39,142 nt of DNA from contig JBGTUV010000001.1 in the NCBI GenBank assembly GCA_041938985.1, positions 1 through 39,142 on the forward strand, in the 5' to 3' direction. Origin of the DNA: Candidatus Nitromaritima sp. (GTDB lineage: Bacteria > Nitrospinota > Nitrospinia > Nitrospinales > VA-1). This document shows positions 34,144 through 39,142 of this stretch, one piece after another. The position numbers and the translations under genes were made by a program. How positions within the stretch are numbered: position 1 is the first letter of the stretch; each line of letters begins with the position of its first letter. Below the pieces are notes generated by a model, which worked only from the letters and a program-made list of their open reading frames with translations, did no database searches and had not been told where the DNA came from.

Positions 34144-34737
34144 ATGAAAAAATCACGATTCACCATGTTATTGGCAGTACTTCTGCCCCTGCTACTATTT
34201 GTATTCCCTTTGTGGAAAATCACCTTAGAAGCCCCTCAGTATCCTACTCCCTTAGGGATGTATATTCATATCAATGATTTTTCTGACGCCAATCCACACG
34301 ATATTAAAAATATCAATATTATGAATCACTACGTGGGGATGAAGTATATCCCAGATGCCATTCCGGAGTTCAAAATCTTCCCTGCGGTTATCTTAGTATC
34401 ATCCGCACTTGGATTACTATTGGTGTTGTGGGGGAGACATAAATGGTATCTGGTTTGGTTTTCAATAATGGTTCTGTTGAGCATAGCCGGAGTATATGAT
34501 TTTTATCTCTGGGAATACGATTACGGCCATAATTTGGACCCAAAGGCAATTATGAAATTCACCAATCCTGATGGCAGTGTTATGGGTTTCCAACCTCCGT
34601 TGTTCGGATCTAAAGATATTCTAAATTTTACAGCTCACTCTTATCCTCAGTTGGGGGCATATTTTCTCGCATTGGGAATTGCACTCGCCGGCTTAGCTTT
34701 TTGGTTTGGCAAGAGAGAAAACAAAAAATCTATCTGA
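34144..34737 (+). CDS. nos-cluster membrane protein (possibly NosB-like)
   Basis: 197 aa with about four TM helices, located between nosZ and nosL. The family name is uncertain. Confidence 0.55.
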   Translation: MKKSRFTMLLAVLLPLLLFVFPLWKITLEAPQYPTPLGMYIHINDFSDANPHDIKNINIMNHYVGMKYIPDAIPEFKIFPAVILVSSALGLLLVLWGRHKWYLVWFSIMVLLSIAGVYDFYLWEYDYGHNLDPKAIMKFTNPDGSVMGFQPPLFGSKDILNFTAHSYPQLGAYFLALGIALAGLAFWFGKRENKKSI

Positions 34738-35175
34738 ATGAAAACTGTCATAATCCTCTTGAGCGGAATAATCTTGTTAGCCTGTAATCCTTCAGTAAGA
34801 TCCATCGATTATGGTATCGATAGCTGTCACTACTGCAAAATGAATATAGCTGACCCTAGATTTGCAGCGCAGCTTGTAACTGAGAAGGGGAAAATTTTCA
34901 CTTACGACGCCATAGAATGTATGGTCAATGACCTAGCCGATTCCAGAGAGTCTCACGCAGCCCTTGTGGTAATGGACTACAACAATCCCAATCAGTGGAT
35001 TAATGCTTCAGAAGGGCATTATGTAATAAACAACAAGATTCAAAGTCCTATGGGTGCACATTTGGCTTGTTTTTCTTCTAAGGCCGACGCATATACTACA
35101 CTAGATATTCCGCAAGATTCCATTTTGGACTGGAATACGCTTGTAACCAAACGTTTTACTTTAGAAGGCCTGTAA
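34738..35175 (+). CDS. nosL: Copper chaperone lipoprotein NosL
   Basis: Lipobox ILLACN and the motif DSCHYCKMNI. It lies upstream of nosD. Confidence 0.8.
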   Translation: MKTVIILLSGIILLACNPSVRSIDYGIDSCHYCKMNIADPRFAAQLVTEKGKIFTYDAIECMVNDLADSRESHAALVVMDYNNPNQWINASEGHYVINNKIQSPMGAHLACFSSKADAYTTLDIPQDSILDWNTLVTKRFTLEGL

Positions 35176-35176
35176 A

Positions 35177-36436
35177 GTGAAAAAAACAGCTGCTCATTTT
35201 TTAGGGATCCTAAGCGTAATGATCATCTTGATTAGCTGGCCACTAAAAGTTAGTGGACAAATAATTAATCTAAATACTCGTATGGAATATCAAACCATAC
35301 AAAATGCTATAAATGGTGCAGGCCCACACGAGTCTCTTCTAGTCAAAAATGGCACATACAAAGAATATGACATTACCGTAGACAAACCCTTGTGTATCAT
35401 GGGCGAATCAGAGGCTGTAATTGACGTTGCAGAAAAAGGATACGGTTTTAAAGTCGTCGCAGACAGTGTAAGCTTGCAGGGCTTAACTATACAGAATACC
35501 GGTCAAAGCTACACCAAAGACTTTGCTGCCATTTATATATCGAGAAGCTCTGATTTTGAATTACAGAACAACCAACTGCAAAATGTAACTTTTGGAATGC
35601 TGATTGAAAAATCAAAAAATGGCACAGTATCCGGAAATTTGATCTATGGCACCCAAAAAGATGAGGCCGCGGCAGGAAACGGTATACATCTTTGGGACTG
35701 CTCCAAAGTGTTGGTTTCTAACAACGAGGTGTTCAATCTAAGAGATGGTATTTATTTTGAATTTGTGAAACAAAGTGTTGTACAAGGAAACAGTAGTCAT
35801 GATAATATAAGATATGGCCTACATTTTATGTTCTCTAACCATAACGAATATCATTACAATACCTTTACCAACAATGGGGCTGGAGTTGCCGTTATGTTCT
35901 CTAAATTCATTACCATTAGTCACAATACTTTTAATCTGAATTGGGGAACAGCTGCTTACGGTTTGTTATTGAAAGAGATTTATGACACCACCATTACTTA
36001 TAATAAATTTGTTGAAAACACTGTCGGAATAAATGTAGAAGGCTCAACACGAATCGATTATCACCACAATAACTTCATTAAAAATGGTTGGGCGGTAAAA
36101 GTACGAGGGGCTTGCTACAACAACAGTTTCAGATTCAATAACTTCAAATTCAACTCTTTCGATGTTTCGTACAATTCTAATATGAATGACAACAGTTTTA
36201 ATCAAAACTACTGGAGCAATTACAACGGTTATGATTTAAACAGAGATGGGCTAGGTGATGTCCCATATCGCCCGGTTAAATTGTTTTCTTACGTAGTAAA
36301 TGAAACGCCCGAAACAATAGTGCTATTAAGAAGTTTATTTGTGGATATTATCGACTTTTCAGAAAAGGTTTCGCCGGTTTTCACACCAGAAGAACTCATA
36401 GACGAACAACCTCTAATAAAAGCGCTTGACCTATGA
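35177..36436 (+). CDS. nosD: NosD, periplasmic beta-helix accessory protein
   Basis: GTG start, signal peptide and repeated Asn/Gly-rich parallel beta-helix turns. It overlaps nosF by 4 nt. Confidence 0.85.
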   Translation: MKKTAAHFLGILSVMIILISWPLKVSGQIINLNTRMEYQTIQNAINGAGPHESLLVKNGTYKEYDITVDKPLCIMGESEAVIDVAEKGYGFKVVADSVSLQGLTIQNTGQSYTKDFAAIYISRSSDFELQNNQLQNVTFGMLIEKSKNGTVSGNLIYGTQKDEAAAGNGIHLWDCSKVLVSNNEVFNLRDGIYFEFVKQSVVQGNSSHDNIRYGLHFMFSNHNEYHYNTFTNNGAGVAVMFSKFITISHNTFNLNWGTAAYGLLLKEIYDTTITYNKFVENTVGINVEGSTRIDYHHNNFIKNGWAVKVRGACYNNSFRFNNFKFNSFDVSYNSNMNDNSFNQNYWSNYNGYDLNRDGLGDVPYRPVKLFSYVVNETPETIVLLRSLFVDIIDFSEKVSPVFTPEELIDEQPLIKALDL

Positions 36437-37143
36437 TTCAAATTCAAAACTTAAATAAACGTTTCGGAAAAAATCAAGTCCTGCTTGATCTAAATTTACA
36501 ATTGGAACAAGGTGGTATCACCGCCATTTTGGGTCCAAATGGTTCTGGAAAGACAACCTTGATTAAAAGCATATTGGGGATGGTACAACCAAATTCTGGA
36601 GAGATCATTATAAACGATAAGTCCATCTCTAGGGCCTTTATTTATAGAAAGCAAATTGACTATTTACCACAGCTAGCGAATTTTCCAAATAACCTCAGGC
36701 TGCGTGAAATGTTGCACATGATAAAAGATCTGCGAAATGAGCCCATTTACAGAGACGCAGAACTGATTAAATTATTTCAACTTGAACCACACCTCAATAA
36801 AAAGCTCGGTCAACTATCCGGAGGGACTCGTCAAAAGGTGAATCTCACTTTGTCTTTTATGTCAGACAGTCCTTTGATTATTCTCGATGAACCAACATCG
36901 GGGCTTGATCCTGTCTCCCTGATAAAATTAAAAGAACTCCTCATTTCAGAAAAGAGGGCTGGAAAAACCATATTACTTTCATCCCACATTACCAGCTTTG
37001 TAGAAGAAATGGCCGATCAAATCGTATTTCTCCTTGAGGGGAAAATTTACTTTAAAGGTACCATTGAACAGCTAAAAACCGAGAGTAACACAACTAATTT
37101 CGAGCAAGCAATAGCTTGGGTCTTAAACCAACAAAATGTTTAA
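36433..37143 (+). CDS. nosF: NosF, ABC ATPase
   Basis: Walker A GPNGSGKTT, signature LSGGTRQK, Walker B LIILDEPTSGLD. Confidence 0.85.
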   Translation: MIQIQNLNKRFGKNQVLLDLNLQLEQGGITAILGPNGSGKTTLIKSILGMVQPNSGEIIINDKSISRAFIYRKQIDYLPQLANFPNNLRLREMLHMIKDLRNEPIYRDAELIKLFQLEPHLNKKLGQLSGGTRQKVNLTLSFMSDSPLIILDEPTSGLDPVSLIKLKELLISEKRAGKTILLSSHITSFVEEMADQIVFLLEGKIYFKGTIEQLKTESNTTNFEQAIAWVLNQQNV

Positions 37144-37918
37144 AATTATAAAGTATAGTTTTTTCGATCTGATGCGTAGCCGATGGAGTTACGCATATTT
37201 GGCGTTCTATTTTTTACTTGCTATAGTTTTACTTTTTCTGAATAACGATTTGTCAAAAGCGGTTATCACTTTAATGAATGTGATTACCGTTCTGGTACCC
37301 CTAATCGGAACTGTGTTTGGAATTATGTATTACTATGACTCCAAAGAATTTACCCAATTGCTACTCGCACAACCCATAAAGCGTTCTAGTATCTTTTTGG
37401 GTCAGTATTTTGGCGTGGCAGTCTCGTTGTCTATGAGCCTGTTGATTGGCCTTGGAATTCCATTTGTCATTTACGGCCTATTTAGCTCTTCAGTGATTTG
37501 GGATTTCAGCTTACTACTCGTTACTGGAGTGTTCTTGACATTCATCTTTACAGCAATTTCATTTTACATCGGACTCTGCAACGAAAATAAGATCAAAGGC
37601 TTTGGCTATGCTATTGTTATTTGGCTGTTCTTGGCTGTGATTTTTGACGGCATACTGCTATTACTTATGGTCTATTTCAACGATTATCCTTTGGACAAAT
37701 TTGCGCTTGGAGCCTCAATGTTAAATCCTATTGATTTGTCTCGAATACTCATCCTTCTGAAATTAGATATTTCAGCACTTCTGGGCTACACAGGGGCTGT
37801 TTTTCAAAAATTCTTCGGAACCAGATTAGGGCTATTTGTAGCACTCAGCATGCTATCTTTCTGGGTTGCAGTTCCAGCCTTACTAATACAACGAAAGTCT
37901 CTCCGAAGAGATTTTTAA
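37136..37918 (+). CDS. nosY: NosY, ABC-2 type permease
   Basis: 260 aa with about six TM helices. It overlaps nosF by 8 nt. Confidence 0.8.
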   Translation: MFKIIKYSFFDLMRSRWSYAYLAFYFLLAIVLLFLNNDLSKAVITLMNVITVLVPLIGTVFGIMYYYDSKEFTQLLLAQPIKRSSIFLGQYFGVAVSLSMSLLIGLGIPFVIYGLFSSSVIWDFSLLLVTGVFLTFIFTAISFYIGLCNENKIKGFGYAIVIWLFLAVIFDGILLLLMVYFNDYPLDKFALGASMLNPIDLSRILILLKLDISALLGYTGAVFQKFFGTRLGLFVALSMLSFWVAVPALLIQRKSLRRDF

Positions 37919-37965
37919 TCTAGTAGTTTTCGTAAATTGAGTCTTCATTTTTAAGCCTATCCATT

Positions 37966-38403
37966 ATGAATAGAAGATTGTTTTTGTGCTGTTTTTATTT
38001 CTTTATTACAGGTATCAGTTTGGCTCAGTCAATTTTTGACAGAGACAAAGCAGCCATTATACAAGTCATGCAAGATCAATCTAAGGCATGGTCTGCCCAC
38101 GACCTAGAGGGCTTTATGGCGGGATATTGGAAGAGTGATTCCTTGAAATTTTACGGCAGTGGCGGTTTGGTAAAAGGTTGGCAAGCCACCTTAGATCGCT
38201 ATAAAAAGAGTTATCCTACTGCAGACCATTCAGGGACGCTTAAATTTACCATAGACGATGTGAGCCCTGCCGGAACTGATTCCTACACGGTTATGGGTCG
38301 TTATCATTTAACCCGCAAAGTGGGCGATGCCAATGGAGTGTTTTTGGTCGTATTTAGAAAGATCAACGGGCAATGGAAGATCGTTGCCGACATGTCCTGT
38401 TAG
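37966..38403 (+). CDS. SnoaL/DUF4440-like (NTF2 fold) protein with signal peptide
   Basis: 145 aa containing ...AWSAHDLEGFMAGYW.... The fold assignment is by resemblance only. Confidence 0.5.
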   Translation: MNRRLFLCCFYFFITGISLAQSIFDRDKAAIIQVMQDQSKAWSAHDLEGFMAGYWKSDSLKFYGSGGLVKGWQATLDRYKKSYPTADHSGTLKFTIDDVSPAGTDSYTVMGRYHLTRKVGDANGVFLVVFRKINGQWKIVADMSC

Positions 38404-38862
38404 ATGAAACCGCGCATTCGCAAAGCCACTTATAAGGATCTGGAAGTCTTGCAAACTTTCAAATTGGGTTTGATTGCTGCGGAGTTGCCCATGGACCCTA
38501 CCATTCATCCAGAAACTACGAGCTATTACGAGTTCAAACCTTTAATTGACGGACCAAACTCAACCCTTTTAGTCGCAGAATTAGATGGCGAGATAGTCGC
38601 CTCTGGCTACGCCAAGATATTAGAAGACCGCAAGTATCTAAAACACACCCATTACGGTTATTTGGGTTTTATGTTCGTGCCGGAAAAGCACCGTGGCAAC
38701 GGCTATAACGGTATGGTCACAGAGGCCTTAATTGCTTGGTGTAGAGCCCAAGGCTTAGCAGAAATTCGCCTAGATGTATATTCGGTTAACGCCGCAGCGA
38801 TAAGGGCTTATGAAAAAGCTGGCTTCAAACCACATTTGCTCAATATGCGCTACGACCCTTAA
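38404..38862 (+). CDS. GNAT-family N-acetyltransferase
   Basis: GFMFVPEKHRGNGYNGMVTEALIAW fits the acetyl-CoA binding motif, followed by NAAAIRAYEKAGF. Confidence 0.75.
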   Translation: MKPRIRKATYKDLEVLQTFKLGLIAAELPMDPTIHPETTSYYEFKPLIDGPNSTLLVAELDGEIVASGYAKILEDRKYLKHTHYGYLGFMFVPEKHRGNGYNGMVTEALIAWCRAQGLAEIRLDVYSVNAAAIRAYEKAGFKPHLLNMRYDP

Positions 38863-39142
38863 AACTTCCTATCGGGATTAAAGGGCGTTAGATCCATAGA
38901 GGTCTTCTTGTCGGATATCAGTTCTGCAATCAGTTTCCCTGTGGCAGGCCCCATACTCCATCCCATCATGGCATGACCAGTAGCCAAGACCAAGTTTGAA
39001 CATTTACCCGAACGGCCTATATATGCCATTCCATCTGGTGAGACAGGGCGCAATCCGCAGGCAGCTTCAGCCTTCTCCTCCTGATTCAAAGTAACTTCTG
39101 GATAATATTTCGTGGCCGCCTTGGCAATAGCCTCTACCCTTT
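38859..39142 (-). CDS. FAD-dependent oxidoreductase (D-amino-acid dehydrogenase-like), C-terminal part, partial at window edge
   Basis: ...VLATGHAMMGWSMGPATGKLIAELI... is typical of a DAO-family C-terminus. The frame stays open to the window end. Confidence 0.6.
   Translation of the reverse strand, partial: RVEAIAKAATKYYPEVTLNQEEKAEAACGLRPVSPDGMAYIGRSGKCSNLVLATGHAMMGWSMGPATGKLIAELISDKKTSMDLTPFNPDRKF

Noticed and set aside
1-39142. CRISPR arrays, rRNA genes, and transposase or integrase genes.
   Set aside because: No regularly spaced direct repeats, no rRNA-like sequence and no ORF with recombinase or transposase motifs were seen anywhere in the window.

Overview
This is a Bacteroidota (Flavobacteriia-like) chromosomal segment. 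That placement is an inference from lipoprotein-type signal peptides, the gene families present and a Sec/lipoprotein-type clade II nosZ cluster. No searches were run, so every family call rests on motifs read from the translations.

Layout:
- (A) 1-12.5 kb is AT-rich accessory DNA. From about 1873 to about 12450 it looks like a decayed ICE/conjugative-transposon leading region lying against tRNA-Leu(UAG). All its genes are on the minus strand: ParB-like protein, 53-aa ORF, DUF932, PD-(D/E)XK nuclease, HhH-GPD-like protein, AbiEi/AbiEii, two unknown proteins, small ORFs, an ORF-free structured region of about 650 nt, and a truncated ssb. No integrase, relaxase or T4SS gene is in the window.
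- (B) 12.7-19.7 kb holds core-like genes: M20 dipeptidase, a BlaI/BlaR1 pair and a DUF4407-like protein.
- (C) 19.8-22.0 kb is a low-GC patch.
- (D) 21.3-27.3 kb is a seven-gene minus-strand operon: CheY, H-NOX, PAS/GAF kinase, FIST, kinase, Hpt, LytTR regulator.
- (E) 27.4-30.4 kb is a 1001-aa kinase/M23/aminotransferase fusion.
- (F) 30.4-37.9 kb is an Rrf2 regulator followed by cytochrome c, fasciclin, nosZ, a membrane protein and nosLDFY.
- (G) 38-39.1 kb holds small enzymes.

Best candidates for something undescribed, all in block A:
- the GC-enriched, helix-rich non-coding element at 2041-2698;
- the two unknown genes (3321-5655) packed behind an AbiE pair whose toxin carries one in-frame stop;
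- the coupled nuclease plus HhH-GPD-like pair (7645-8864);
- a duplicated leader of about 155 nt in front of two transcription units.
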